Assembly (NCBI GenBank): GCA_036867785.1
Contig: CP145420.1
Coordinates: 558,001 to 622,000 of the forward strand
DNA: 64,000 bases
Source: Plasmodiophora brassicae
Lineage: Eukaryota
Reading direction: 5' to 3'
In this document: piece after piece, positions 36,322 to 46,868 of the stretch
How the letters are laid out: every line of letters starts with the position of its first letter
How positions within the stretch are numbered: position 1 is the first letter of the stretch
The notes under the pieces: generated by a model
What the model was told of the DNA's origin: nothing
What the model saw: the letters and a program-made list of their open reading frames with translations, nothing else
Database searches by the model: none
Position numbers and translations under genes: made by a program

Positions 36322-37232
36322 TTACGAAAGCATGTCGATCTCGGTCTGCCAGTAGGCGGGTGGGCCTCCGTACGTGTTCTCACCCGCTTGCCAGTTGCCG
36401 CCGATGTTGGTGGCGTACAGCCAGGTCGCCCCGATGTCAGTCGCGTTGTGGACCAATGGCCGCAGCCGCGCCTGCGTCACACTGTGGACGACGAGCCAGG
36501 TTTGCACGCCCGCGCGGTCTGCTGCCGCTATCGTCGACGCGATTTGGTCGTACTGCGCCTCGTAGCTCGCCATGTTGTTCTCGTACACGACAAAGATCTC
36601 GTCCGGGCGGAACGCCGCCACGATGCACGGGTTGGGGATCGCGGCGTTGAACGCAATCACTGCGTGCCTGCCCGCGTAGCTGTACACGATCTGGCGAAGC
36701 GACTCGTACTCGCTGACGAACGCGCTGCAGTTCCAGTTACTCGGCGAAGCTTCGTCGAAGAAAATGCCGTCCAGCGTGGGCATCGCGTTGAAATAGGCGG
36801 CCACCTGCGCCTCAATCCTACGATTCAGCAACGGTATCCCATCAGTTGACGTGGCAGCGGGTCGGACGTTTCATAGACATACCTCTGCCACGACTGGCAG
36901 ACGCCAGGCTGATTACAGCCGGGCGCATGGTTGAAGTACCCGGTTGGGACGTACCCCAGGACGATGGTGCCGCGCTGGTTGAACCGCTTCACAGCGCCCA
37001 CGTAGGCTGCCAGGTTCGGGACCAGCTTGTACGATGTTTCGCTGGAGAACATGCCGCAGTTCGGGTTGATCAGGGCCAGGGAGCCGCCCGGGATCGTGTC
37101 GTAGTGCTTCGATGACGGGTCCCAGTAGCTGATCACGCCCAAGCCGGGCGAGTTGCAGCGCTCGCTGCTGTCGTTGTTATGACGGCCGACGACCGCGCCG
37201 AGAAGGACAATGAAGATAACAGCAGGCAGCAT
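36322..37232 (-). CDS. Secreted spherulin-4/GH135 (Sph3-like) protein
   Basis: Signal peptide MLPAVIFIVLLGAVVG, ALINPNCG, VLGYVPTGY, LDGIFFDEA, VVYEN; one intron ~36830-36882. Confidence 0.8.
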
Positions 37233-37554
37233 TTGTGCAGGTTAATTTTGTTATGCCTTAAGGTGCTCGCACTGGATGCCCTGCTGGCATGGACAGGGCA
37301 CGCGAACGCGTACGCGTGCCCACGTTGCGTTGGATCTCGTGTTGTACCCTGCTGTATTTTCATATCGAGAGAGGCCAACCCGTAGGCCCGGAATGTTCGT
37401 AGTGAATGGCGTTCTGTGCTGCAGTCGGCCCGTACGCCCCTTGCGACGAAACGAACTTCACTGGATCGGTATGGCCTATGTTTAGCTGTTCGCCCTACCC
37501 GATCCGCGAGGATCTTGTCCTGCTGCGCAGGTCGAGGACGACAAGGACCAGACA

Positions 37555-38823
37555 ATGGTCGCTGTAACCGCCGTCGTCTTCGTCGCTGCTTGGGCGAGCG
37601 TCGCATCGGCCTCCGTCAAGGATATCAGGGACCTGACGCTGGCAGTGGAGTTACGCGATGGTGATGCCGTGCAGGCGATTCTTAGCGAGCGCATTGGCTG
37701 CTTCCCGGTATCGGTCCTTCGGAGCGCTGTGCACCATGCGGTCGAGAAAGGCGACGGGGACCTGATTGGCATACTCTGCCGACATATCGGGTCAATGGAC
37801 GACCTGGACGTCGGGCAGGGCGGCCAGCCGACCATTCACCTCGTCATCCAGAAGCATGACCTGCGCCTGTTGCAGCGATTCCTCGCTCTGCGTCCGCGAA
37901 TCGACCTGCATGACGGGAACGGCATCACCGCCATGCACGTCGTTGCCGCGGAACCCAACGTGCACAAGTTCGCCTCGATCCTGCTGCGAAACGGCTTCAC
38001 TGACGTGAACCGCATGGCGTTCTTCGACGGGGTCCATGGCGTCACTGCCCTGCACATCGCCAGCCAACGAGGTCGTGGCCAAGTCGTCGACGTTCTGCTG
38101 GGCGAGGCACGCCACCTTGTCGACGTGAACCTTGTGGATGCGCTAGGGCGCAGCGCTCTCCATCTGGCCATCCAGGCTGGGCAAGTGCCCATCGCCAAGG
38201 CATTGGTCAGTGCAGGCGTCGACTGCTTCGTTAGCGACAAGTTCGGCACTACAGCGTACGGTCTCGCCGGGGGACGCATGCCCAGCATCCTGCGCCTGAT
38301 GAAGGTCGTTACCAAGATGCGAACCAAGGTTCGCGATGCATCACCCGGCAATCAGATCTGCAGTACTGACGGCCACGATTCGCCGCGGCCGTCGTCTTCC
38401 AACACATCTAAAAGACGCCGAAAGAAGAAGCAAAGGGGAAGAAAGGCGGACCGAGTCGCCGAAGGAGCTGGGTCGGGATCCCGCCCCGCAGCACATCGTT
38501 CCAGGTCGGTTGCTTCAGTGGATACGATCATTGACCACGCGTGGCCGTGCCGCAACGGAACCGCTGCCGATCAAGGGGTCGTCGTCAACGATGACATCAT
38601 CAGTGCCGGGATCGGGGAGCGCTTGCTGGGCCTGGACCGCTGGGAGGCGTTCGCCCTGAACGCCGACGGGATCGGCGACAGCGCTCGGCGGACCATGCTG
38701 TCCGCCATTCGCGATCTTCGTCGCCGGTATCGTGAGCTGGTCGGCATGCCCGAGCTGGACCTGGCCGAGTCCCGATACGAGGTCGGGCGTGTGCCCCTGC
38801 CGCGAATGGTCCACCAGCAGTAA
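37555..38823 (+). CDS. Secreted ankyrin-repeat protein with basic NLS-like motif
   Basis: MVAVTAVVFVAAWASVASA leader; GITAMH, GVTALHIA, GRSALHLA repeats; KRRRKKKQRGRK. Confidence 0.85.
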   Translation: MVAVTAVVFVAAWASVASASVKDIRDLTLAVELRDGDAVQAILSERIGCFPVSVLRSAVHHAVEKGDGDLIGILCRHIGSMDDLDVGQGGQPTIHLVIQKHDLRLLQRFLALRPRIDLHDGNGITAMHVVAAEPNVHKFASILLRNGFTDVNRMAFFDGVHGVTALHIASQRGRGQVVDVLLGEARHLVDVNLVDALGRSALHLAIQAGQVPIAKALVSAGVDCFVSDKFGTTAYGLAGGRMPSILRLMKVVTKMRTKVRDASPGNQICSTDGHDSPRPSSSNTSKRRRKKKQRGRKADRVAEGAGSGSRPAAHRSRSVASVDTIIDHAWPCRNGTAADQGVVVNDDIISAGIGERLLGLDRWEAFALNADGIGDSARRTMLSAIRDLRRRYRELVGMPELDLAESRYEVGRVPLPRMVHQQ

Positions 38824-39144
38824 AAGATTCCCAGGCGCGCGGGGATATTCCCGTCATTGCATGTTGAGTCACACGGGCGCGCTGGCCGGTCACTGTGCCG
38901 CGACTCGTCGCCGAGCTGAGTCACGACCGAATTCAAACTGACATGACTCGACCGCTGGCCGATCGCAGGCTGCAGCATCGTCAGCGCAGGCGCCAGTCTC
39001 CTAACGTTATACCAGGTGGGACGTCGCCGTAGTCGTGGTAAACCCCCTGTCTGTCCAATCGCCGTTAACTAACAGACCGTCCGCCCTCCCACCAACGTTG
39101 TCGCCCACCTTCCAAGCTTAACAGCACCAGACACGTACGAGCTG

Positions 39145-40980
39145 ATGTCCAGCGATCCCTCGACCCCGACAACAGGCTCCGCACCTCTCGAACACCACGA
39201 GGCGTCGCCCGTCCACCGTAAGCTCTCGAACGCGGCGTACCTGCCGCCTCGTATCTGGACCGATGCCGCCCGCTCGGACGACAACGCCAACGGCGACGTT
39301 TCCGGCAGCGATAGTGAATCGTCCTGGCGTCGTCGACCACGTCGTAGCGCGAGTTCACGATCGGCATTCTCTAGCGCCGCCGTATTCCCGTTCCCGATCG
39401 ACCATGGTCGGCAAGGCGACGCCGCTGCGCTAGGCTCGCCTAAGGGCACTCCCGCCAGCAAGCCGATGCGATCGTTCTCCAGCAAGAAATGGCTGTCGTC
39501 CGAGCGGTTCGATTCGGGGCACTCCACGCCCAGGTCGATGTTCGGCAGCCCGCGCTCCTCGTTTGACTCGTCGGCGCTGATGGCGTCGGGCGATCCGCAG
39601 CAGATGACAGCGATTCGTGCGTTCAACACCAAGATTAACCTGCTGGCACAGCAGGGCAAGCATCGCGAAGTGCTGGCTCTGATCGAGGAGGCGCGTACGT
39701 CGACGGACCGCACGCTGGATGAGACGTTGAACACGCAGACGTTCACGATCCTCGTGAAGGCGTACTGCAACACGGGCAACTTGGAGGCGGCCGAGGAGCT
39801 CGTCGAGGAGATGCGCACGTTCGACGAGCACCAGCGCCCGAACCGGTTCACGCTGAACACGCTTCTGAACGGATACGTGCGACGCGACCAGATGAAGAAG
39901 GCGTCGGACCTGTTCAAGAAGATGGTTGCCAGCGACGACGCGAAACAGCGCCCGGATCACGTCACGTACTCGACCATCATCAAAGGGTTCGCTGCCGCTG
40001 GCGACATGCAGTCCGCCGAGGATCTGTTCCGAACGCTGGTCGACCATGCCGACGAGACCTGCCGGCCGAACATCGTCATGTGCAACACGGTCGTCAAAGG
40101 ATGGTGCTTCAAAGGCGAGATGGATCGGGCGGACGCGCTCCTGAACGAGATGCGCTCCAGCGACAAGCTGTGCTCACCGGACGTCATCACGATGAACACC
40201 ATTATCGACGGTCATGCCAAGAACGGCAACGTGAAGCGCGCCGAGGAGTTCTTCGAGCAGATGCAGGCCACGGGCAGCGACGTACGCCCCAACCAGGTCA
40301 CCATCAACTCCATGATCGACTGCTACACAAAGTCTGGCAACATGGGCAAAGCCGAGGAGCTGTTCTTCAGGCTCGAGGAGAGCACTGACCCGAACCTGTG
40401 CCCATCGCCGGTCACGTACGGCGCCATGATCAACGGGTACGTCAAGGCGGGCGACCTTCGCAAGGCGGAACTGTTGTTCTCCCAGATCAAGAACCACCGC
40501 GACCCGGCGTGTCGCCCGAACCAGGTGAGTTACACGACCATGATCGGCGCGGCGGCGAAAGCCGGCCAGATGGACAAGGCTGAGAAGCTGTTCGAGACGA
40601 TGCTGGCGTCGCCCGACCAGAATTGCCGCCCCAACAACTTCACGTACTCGATCCTGATCGACGGGTACTGTAAGGCGGGCAACATGGCCCGGGCCGAGCA
40701 GCTCCTGCACCAGATGGAGACGGGCAACGACCGGGCGTGCCGACCGAATCGCGTCACGTTCAACACCATGCTGCACGGGTACGGGCGCGCCGGCCAGAAC
40801 GACAAGGCGGAGCAGATGTTCCAGCGCATGCAGCGGCACCCGGACCCGAACTGCAGGCCGAACTCGATCACGTTCCGCACCATGATGCATATGAACCGGT
40901 CGCGCGGCAACGCCTCCCAGGCGCAGAAGTTCGCCGACATGATGAACATCGTCGACAAGCGCACGCATTCGCGTCGCTGA
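39145..40980 (+). CDS. Pentatricopeptide-repeat (PPR) protein
   Basis: About 11 tandem motifs such as VTYGAMINGYVKAGDLRKAELLF..RPN after a Ser/Pro-rich N-terminus. Confidence 0.93.
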   Translation: MSSDPSTPTTGSAPLEHHEASPVHRKLSNAAYLPPRIWTDAARSDDNANGDVSGSDSESSWRRRPRRSASSRSAFSSAAVFPFPIDHGRQGDAAALGSPKGTPASKPMRSFSSKKWLSSERFDSGHSTPRSMFGSPRSSFDSSALMASGDPQQMTAIRAFNTKINLLAQQGKHREVLALIEEARTSTDRTLDETLNTQTFTILVKAYCNTGNLEAAEELVEEMRTFDEHQRPNRFTLNTLLNGYVRRDQMKKASDLFKKMVASDDAKQRPDHVTYSTIIKGFAAAGDMQSAEDLFRTLVDHADETCRPNIVMCNTVVKGWCFKGEMDRADALLNEMRSSDKLCSPDVITMNTIIDGHAKNGNVKRAEEFFEQMQATGSDVRPNQVTINSMIDCYTKSGNMGKAEELFFRLEESTDPNLCPSPVTYGAMINGYVKAGDLRKAELLFSQIKNHRDPACRPNQVSYTTMIGAAAKAGQMDKAEKLFETMLASPDQNCRPNNFTYSILIDGYCKAGNMARAEQLLHQMETGNDRACRPNRVTFNTMLHGYGRAGQNDKAEQMFQRMQRHPDPNCRPNSITFRTMMHMNRSRGNASQAQKFADMMNIVDKRTHSRR

Positions 40981-41498
40981 CCGGCGACCACCACGTCCCT
41001 CCCGGGGGGACCCGTGCAGCCGCCGCAGAAATGAACCAAACACGTTGAACGCTCGACCGCACTCTGGTTGACACGTCGTGTGGGCTCCAGCGTTGGAGAA
41101 ACCTGGCGCAGCCGACCTATTTCGTGTTTGTTGGCATGTAAGTCAGCGGAATCGACGCAGCGGTATTCGTTTAATTTGAGGACGGTTGCGCCGGGACGAC
41201 AGGGTCTGGTCAAGTATTACCCCGGCGGCAGGCACGGTCGTGCTCCTATAACAATGCCCGGCCGCGCCGTGCGCATTGTGGATCAATCAGCAAGCAACGG
41301 CACGAACCGCTGAACGTTTCACAATCGCGCAACTGCGATGGTACATCGTTGGGAGCGAGGACGCTGCTATCGATCGTCGAGGATAACCTTTATTGCAAAC
41401 CCGAGGAAAATGTTCGCTGTACTGGAACAATTGAAACGTGCGTATCAATGGTAGGAATGCCCGTCTACAGGTCATTCCGGAATGCCGCGCCGGCGGCA

Positions 41499-44400
41499 TT
41501 AGATCAGTAGGCTGACTACCACGCCAACCGTCAAGGCACTCCGACCCAGTGAAGCCGCTGCACTGGTGAAATTGCTGTTCCTGATAAGTGTCGATGGCGT
41601 CACTGGCGGCGGAGATGACGTCACGTGCTGTTTCGTCACCGGCGTAAGGGTTGGGGATGGCGTCTGCGCCGACGTTGGAGATGGCGTCAAAGCAGGCGTT
41701 GGAGATGGCGTCGGAGCCGGCGTTGGAGATGGCGTCGGAGCCGGCGTTGGAGATGGCGTCGGAGCCGGCGTTGGAGATGGCGTCGGAGCCGGCGTTGGAG
41801 ACGGCGTCGGAGCCGGCGTTGGAGATGGCGTCGGAGCCGGTGTTGGAGGTGGCACCGGAACCAGGGTTGAGGCTGGCGTCGGAGATAGCGTCGGCGATGG
41901 CGTTGGGTCTGAGGATGGCGCGGGCGTAGGTACCGAGCAAGCGCAAAACCTTCGATCCCAAGACGCCGGAATCACATTACAATAGTTGACCGTCACGTCA
42001 ATGCCGCTGGAGTACCAACATCCGCCATAAGAATCCGTCATCGGTCCTTGGGGCCATGCGTTGTACTGGGTGCAGCTGTGTACACCCACGTGGGCAGCAA
42101 TTTGAGCTACATCTGCAGGCGTTGTACAGGTCAGCAGCTGCTGCCAATCGCAAGTCATTCCGCCACCAAGTGCAGTGCAGGCATCGGTACACGTCTGACC
42201 ACCGGCACCTGCGTACCAGCTTGGCAGGTTGAAAACTGGAGACGGCGGCAACGTTGTCGCTGGCTTCGGCTTCGTGGTCGCCTTCTTCGTCGTTGGCTTC
42301 TTCACTGTAGTGGGCTTTCTCGTCGTCAGCTTCTTCACTGTCGCCGCATGTCCGGTTGTCCCCTTCTTAGCCGACTGCTTAGTGGTCGCGTGGTTCTTCG
42401 CCGTCTGCTTCTTGGTCGTCTGCCTTTTGGTTGACAGCTTCTTCGCAGTTGGCACATGAGTCGTTGTTTGTTTCTTTGTCGGAGCCGGCGTTGGAGATGG
42501 CGTTGGGGCTGGTGATGGGGCCGGCGTAGGTACCGAGCAAGCGCAAAACCTTCGATCCCAAGACGCCGGAATCACATTACAATAGTTGACCGTCACGTCA
42601 ATGCCGCTGGAGTACCAACATCCGCCATAAGAATCCGTCATCGGTCCTTGGGGCCATGCGTTGTACTGGGTGCAGCTGTGTACACCCACGTGGGCAGCAA
42701 TTTGAGCTACATCTGCAGGCGTTGTACAGGTCAGCAGCTGCTGCCAATCGCAAGTCATTCCGCCACCAAGTGCAGTGCAGGCATCGGTACACGTCTGACC
42801 ACCGGCACCTGCGTACCAGCTTGGCAGGTTGAAAACTGGAGACGGCGGCAACGTTGTCGCTGGCTTCGGCTTCGTGGTCGCCTTCTTCGTCGTTGGCTTC
42901 TTCACTGTAGTGGGCTTTCTCGTCGTCAGCTTCTTCACTGTCGCCGCATGTCCGGTTGTCCCCTTCTTAGCCGACTGCTTAGTGGTCGCGTGGTTCTTCG
43001 CCGTCTGCTTCTTGGTCGTCTGCCTTTTGGTTGACAGCTTCTTCGCAGTTGGCACATGAGTCGTTGTTTGTTTCTTTGTCGGAGCCGGCGTTGGAGATGG
43101 CGTTGGGGCTGGTGATGGGGCCGGCGTAGGTACCGAGCAAGCGCAAAACCTTCGATCCCAAGACGCCGGAATCACATTACAATAGTTGACCGTCACGTCA
43201 ATGCCGCTGGAGTACCAACATCCGCCATAAGAATCCGTCATCGGTCCTTGGGGCCATGCGTTGTACTGGGTGCAGCTGTGTACACCCACGTGGGCAGCAA
43301 TTTGAGCTACATCTGCAGGCGTTGTACAGGTCAGCAGCTGCTGCCAATCGCAAGTCATTCCGCCACCAAGTGCAGTGCAGGCATCGGTACACGTCTGACC
43401 ACCGGCACCTGCGTACCAGCTTGGCAGGTTGAAAACTGGAGACGGCGGCAACGTTGTCGCTGGCTTCGGCTTCGTGGTCGCCTTCTTCGTCGTTGGCTTC
43501 TTCACTGTAGTGGGCTTTCTCGTCGTCAGCTTCTTCACTGTCGCCGCATGTCCGGTTGTCCCCTTCTTAGCCGACTGCTTAGTGGTCGCGTGGTTCTTCG
43601 CCGTCTGCTTCTTGGTCGTCTGCCTTTTGGTTGACAGCTTCTTCGCAGTTGGCACATGAGTCGTTGTTTGTTTCTTTGTCGGAGCCGGCGTTGGAGATGG
43701 CGTTGGGGCTGGTGATGGGGCCGGCGTAGGTACCGAGCAAGCGCAAAACCTTCGATCCCAAGACGCCGGAATCACATTACAATAGTTGACCGTCACGTCA
43801 ATGCCGCTGGAGTACCAACATCCGCCATAAGAATCCGTCATCGGTCCTTGGGGCCATGCGTTGTACTGGGTGCAGCTGTGTACACCCACGTGGGCAGCAA
43901 TTTGAGCTACATCTGCAGGCGTTGTACAGGTCAGCAGCTGCTGCCAATCGCAAGTCATTCCGCCACCAAGTGCAGTGCAGGCATCGGTACACGTCTGACC
44001 ACCGGCACCTGCGTACCAGCTTGGCAGGTTGAAAACTGGAGACGGCGGCAACGTTGTCGCTGGCTTCGGCTTCGTGGTCGCCTTCTTCGTCGTTGGCTTC
44101 TTCACTGTAGTGGGCTTTCTCGTCGTCAGCTTCTTCACTGTCGCCGCATGTCCGGTTGTCCCCTTCTTAGCCGACTGCTTAGTGGTCGCGTGGTTCTTCG
44201 CCGTCTGCTTCTTGGTCGTCTGCCTTTTGGTTGACAGCTTCTTCGCAGTTGGCACATGAGTCGTTGTTTGTTTCTTTGTCGGAGCCGGCGTTGGAGATGG
44301 CGTTGGGGCTGGTGATGGGGCCGGCGTAGGTACCGAGCAAGCGCAAAACCTTCGATCCCAAGACGCCGGAATCACATTACAATAGTTGACCGTCACGTCA

Positions 44401-44963
44401 ATGCCGCTGGAGTACCAACATCCGCCATAAGAATCCGTCATCGGTCCTTGGGGCCATGCGTTGTACTGGGTGCAGCTGTGTACACCCACGTGGGCAGCAA
44501 TTTGAGCTACATCTGCAGGCGTTGTACAGGTCAGCAGCTGCTGCCAATCGCAAGTCATTCCGCCACCAAGTGCAGTGCAGGCATCGGTACACGTCTGACC
44601 ACCGGCACCTGCGTACCAGCTTGGCAGGTTGAAAACTGGAGACGGCGGCAACGTTGTCGCTGGCTTCGGCTTCGTGGTCGCCTTCTTCGTCGTTGGCTTC
44701 TTCACTGTAGTGGGCTTTCTCGTGGTCTTCTTCTTCGTCGTTTGCTTCCTGGTCGACAAAATATTTGTCGTGGATTTTCTCGTCGAAATCTTCGCCGTCA
44801 TCGGCTTCCTGTGCGTCGTCACGCCGTGAGTTGTCTCGGGATGTAGCAGCGTCGTTCGCCGACGTTTGGTTGACTCTGCTCCGCTCGCCATTGCCGTCAG
44901 GCATATGGCGCCAAGCACGGCGACCAGCAGAATCGTACGCGCCGTGTTGCTGGGCACCATCAT
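41499..44963 (-). CDS. Secreted/GPI-like mucin-type surface protein with five identical Cys-rich domains
   Basis: Signal peptide [18 protein letters not shown], Lys/Thr-rich linkers, 5x [20 protein letters not shown], (PTPSPTPA)n stalk, hydrophobic C-terminus [12 protein letters not shown]. Confidence 0.85.
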   Translation of the reverse strand: MMVPSNTARTILLVAVLGAICLTAMASGAESTKRRRTTLLHPETTHGVTTHRKPMTAKISTRKSTTNILSTRKQTTKKKTTRKPTTVKKPTTKKATTKPKPATTLPPSPVFNLPSWYAGAGGQTCTDACTALGGGMTCDWQQLLTCTTPADVAQIAAHVGVHSCTQYNAWPQGPMTDSYGGCWYSSGIDVTVNYCNVIPASWDRRFCACSVPTPAPSPAPTPSPTPAPTKKQTTTHVPTAKKLSTKRQTTKKQTAKNHATTKQSAKKGTTGHAATVKKLTTRKPTTVKKPTTKKATTKPKPATTLPPSPVFNLPSWYAGAGGQTCTDACTALGGGMTCDWQQLLTCTTPADVAQIAAHVGVHSCTQYNAWPQGPMTDSYGGCWYSSGIDVTVNYCNVIPASWDRRFCACSVPTPAPSPAPTPSPTPAPTKKQTTTHVPTAKKLSTKRQTTKKQTAKNHATTKQSAKKGTTGHAATVKKLTTRKPTTVKKPTTKKATTKPKPATTLPPSPVFNLPSWYAGAGGQTCTDACTALGGGMTCDWQQLLTCTTPADVAQIAAHVGVHSCTQYNAWPQGPMTDSYGGCWYSSGIDVTVNYCNVIPASWDRRFCACSVPTPAPSPAPTPSPTPAPTKKQTTTHVPTAKKLSTKRQTTKKQTAKNHATTKQSAKKGTTGHAATVKKLTTRKPTTVKKPTTKKATTKPKPATTLPPSPVFNLPSWYAGAGGQTCTDACTALGGGMTCDWQQLLTCTTPADVAQIAAHVGVHSCTQYNAWPQGPMTDSYGGCWYSSGIDVTVNYCNVIPASWDRRFCACSVPTPAPSPAPTPSPTPAPTKKQTTTHVPTAKKLSTKRQTTKKQTAKNHATTKQSAKKGTTGHAATVKKLTTRKPTTVKKPTTKKATTKPKPATTLPPSPVFNLPSWYAGAGGQTCTDACTALGGGMTCDWQQLLTCTTPADVAQIAAHVGVHSCTQYNAWPQGPMTDSYGGCWYSSGIDVTVNYCNVIPASWDRRFCACSVPTPAPSSDPTPSPTLSPTPASTLVPVPPPTPAPTPSPTPAPTPSPTPAPTPSPTPAPTPSPTPAPTPSPTPAPTPSPTPALTPSPTSAQTPSPTLTPVTKQHVTSSPPPVTPSTLIRNSNFTSAAASLGRSALTVGVVVSLLI
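41697..41840. repeat. 24-bp coding minisatellite encoding PTPSPTPA
   Basis: About 6 copies of GTTGGAGATGGCGTCGGAGCCGGC. Confidence 0.85.
41923..44723. repeat. Exact 600-bp tandem repeat, ~4.7 copies
   Basis: Lines at 41941, 42541, 43141, 43741 and 44341 are identical and the ORF track repeats with period 600. Confidence 0.97.
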
Positions 44964-45430
44964 CTTCGTCAAGGATGTCCCTGCCAAGTGCCCCGTCACT
45001 CAGGAGCCTGCGACCCAGTTGACTCGGGCGTCCGGTTGTCACCTCTGCCGCTGGTCTAGATGCGTCTGGCGGAACACACACGTTCGCCTGGGTCACCGAC
45101 AACCTCCCTGTCACCACCTGTGTCTGAATCGGTCGGCCCAGCAGGCCAGGACAATTCCTGTTCGAGAACCCACCCGCGACTCGCTGATGCCGAGCTCCGA
45201 CTCTAGAGAAGTCGGGACCGGTCAGATGACGTCGGCGAACGCTCGAACAAATGGGTACGCCGTGATGGACGATCCCATTCTGGGTACACTTAAGCATGTG
45301 AGACTAAGTGCTAAGCAGATTTTAGGCGCCACGCCGCATGAGGTTAGGGGTATGAACAGGAACTCGCAATGCCGCGCGTCACCTGGCGTCTCGTTGTCCA
45401 GCAGACCTGTGACCTGATGGTCAACCAAAG

Positions 45431-45816
45431 CTAGACCATAAGCGCTTCATTACTTCCGCGTTTCCTGCCATGACCAGAGCATGATGCGCCAGCGGTCTCT
45501 GTCATTGCCGGCACCGTCTGATCCACCGCCTGTGGTTCAGGTGCCGAATCGTCCACCTCTTCCTGGAGCACGCTCCGCGTAACCTTGTTGTACCGGCTGT
45601 AGATCACGTTGATGTCTCCAGACGAGTACGTCATGACGTCGGAGGCGGCCGGCTTGCGTCGCACATCACGATTGGACGACAACGACAACGTGCGAGCCGG
45701 ACAGGGCGGCCCAGCGTTTCCGCCTTCTTGATGAGGCCCGCCGATCGCTTCATGTACGTCGCCGACCGCTTCTTCTTGTCATGGATGTGGGCAATTGCGA
45801 CGGCAACCTTGCCCAT
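45431..45816 (-). pseudogene. MADS-box gene with two apparent frameshifts
   Basis: MGKVAVAIAHIHDKKKRSATYMKRSAGLIKKAETLGR continues as LSGSHVVVVVQS and then ..VMTYSSGDINVIYSRY only via two frame changes. Confidence 0.65.
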
Positions 45817-45960
45817 TGTCTAGCGGGCGCGCCCTGGCCCTGATCGGTGAAGGTCGAGCTGCAAACTCGACCACCAGCTTCGAACCGTGCGACTAATTCG
45901 GGACGCGCCGCCCGCCGTGCCAGACTGCTATTTCAGGGGCATATCCCCGCGATCCGTGGA

Positions 45961-45982
45961 CTAGTACACTATAGTGTACTAG
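45961..45982. repeat. 22-bp perfect palindrome, copy 1
   Basis: CTAGTACACTATAGTGTACTAG. Confidence 0.95.
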
Positions 45983-46163
45983 AGGTTTGACTGGACGTAA
46001 AACTTTAGCAAGGACATATTATTAAGTCATTGGCATTGTGATACACTGGTTACGCCATTCTGGATTGGGAGCTGAAAGTTGTGTATAATTCGGCCACCTA
46101 GTTGGCGAGGAACAACGTTGCCAAGTTGAGCATAATTTTCCCGTCACTCCCTATCAAAATAGC

Positions 46164-46189
46164 CTCTAGTACACTATAGTGTACTAGAG
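46164..46189. repeat. Palindrome copy 2 (extends to 26 bp)
   Basis: CTCTAGTACACTATAGTGTACTAGAG. Confidence 0.95.
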
Positions 46190-46823
46190 CCTCAGCGGCA
46201 TTCGTCGCTTAACTCCTCAACAAACGGACCGAAACAAGGAAATGAATCGAGTTCAATGTTAACACGAGCTGCTTGATCGGAGGCGCCGACTACGGCGACG
46301 TCCTGACTTCGCCTACAGCTCGGCTTCGATACGTACGCTGGCATACCTGCCGGCGTTCATATCAACTACCAAGCTGCGAGCATGTAGGTCCATGCGAACC
46401 CACCACATGAAAGTATAGACGAGCCCGTTCTGTGAAGCATGGAACTCACTGGTCTTCCATCATGACCGACGACAACATGCCGTCTGGATGACTGATCACC
46501 TTCCACCCATCCGTGGGGTCCTTCGCGGCTATGGCCTCCGATCTGTTGCTGCGACCCGAGCTGACGATTCTGCTGGAAACCTCTTCCACGTCCACGACCG
46601 CGTCCACGACCGCGAGTGGCCGTTCCGCTCGTTCCACAGCGTCCTGCTGCCATGGGCGAGATGCTGTTCCTGGTGACGACTCTCCAGCAGCGATGCACAG
46701 GTCGAGGAACCGCCATAAATCTATGGGTGGTATTTTGCGACGTGCTCTACCCAGCGCGCCTTAAATGACACGATTAGTCCAAAGTTTCTTGGAGAGGCAG
46801 GCTTCAGGAAACTGTCGCGAAAC

Positions 46824-46857
46824 GGCGCTCTAGTACACTAGAGTGTACTAGAGCGCC
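46824..46857. repeat. Palindrome copy 3 (34 bp, one central mismatch)
   Basis: GGCGCTCTAGTACACTAGAGTGTACTAGAGCGCC. Confidence 0.95.
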
Positions 46858-46868
46858 ATGCTGCATCT

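Noticed and set aside
45961-46857. CRISPR array interpretation of the palindromes
   Set aside because: Spacers are 183, 642 and 41 bp, there are no cas genes and the context is eukaryotic.
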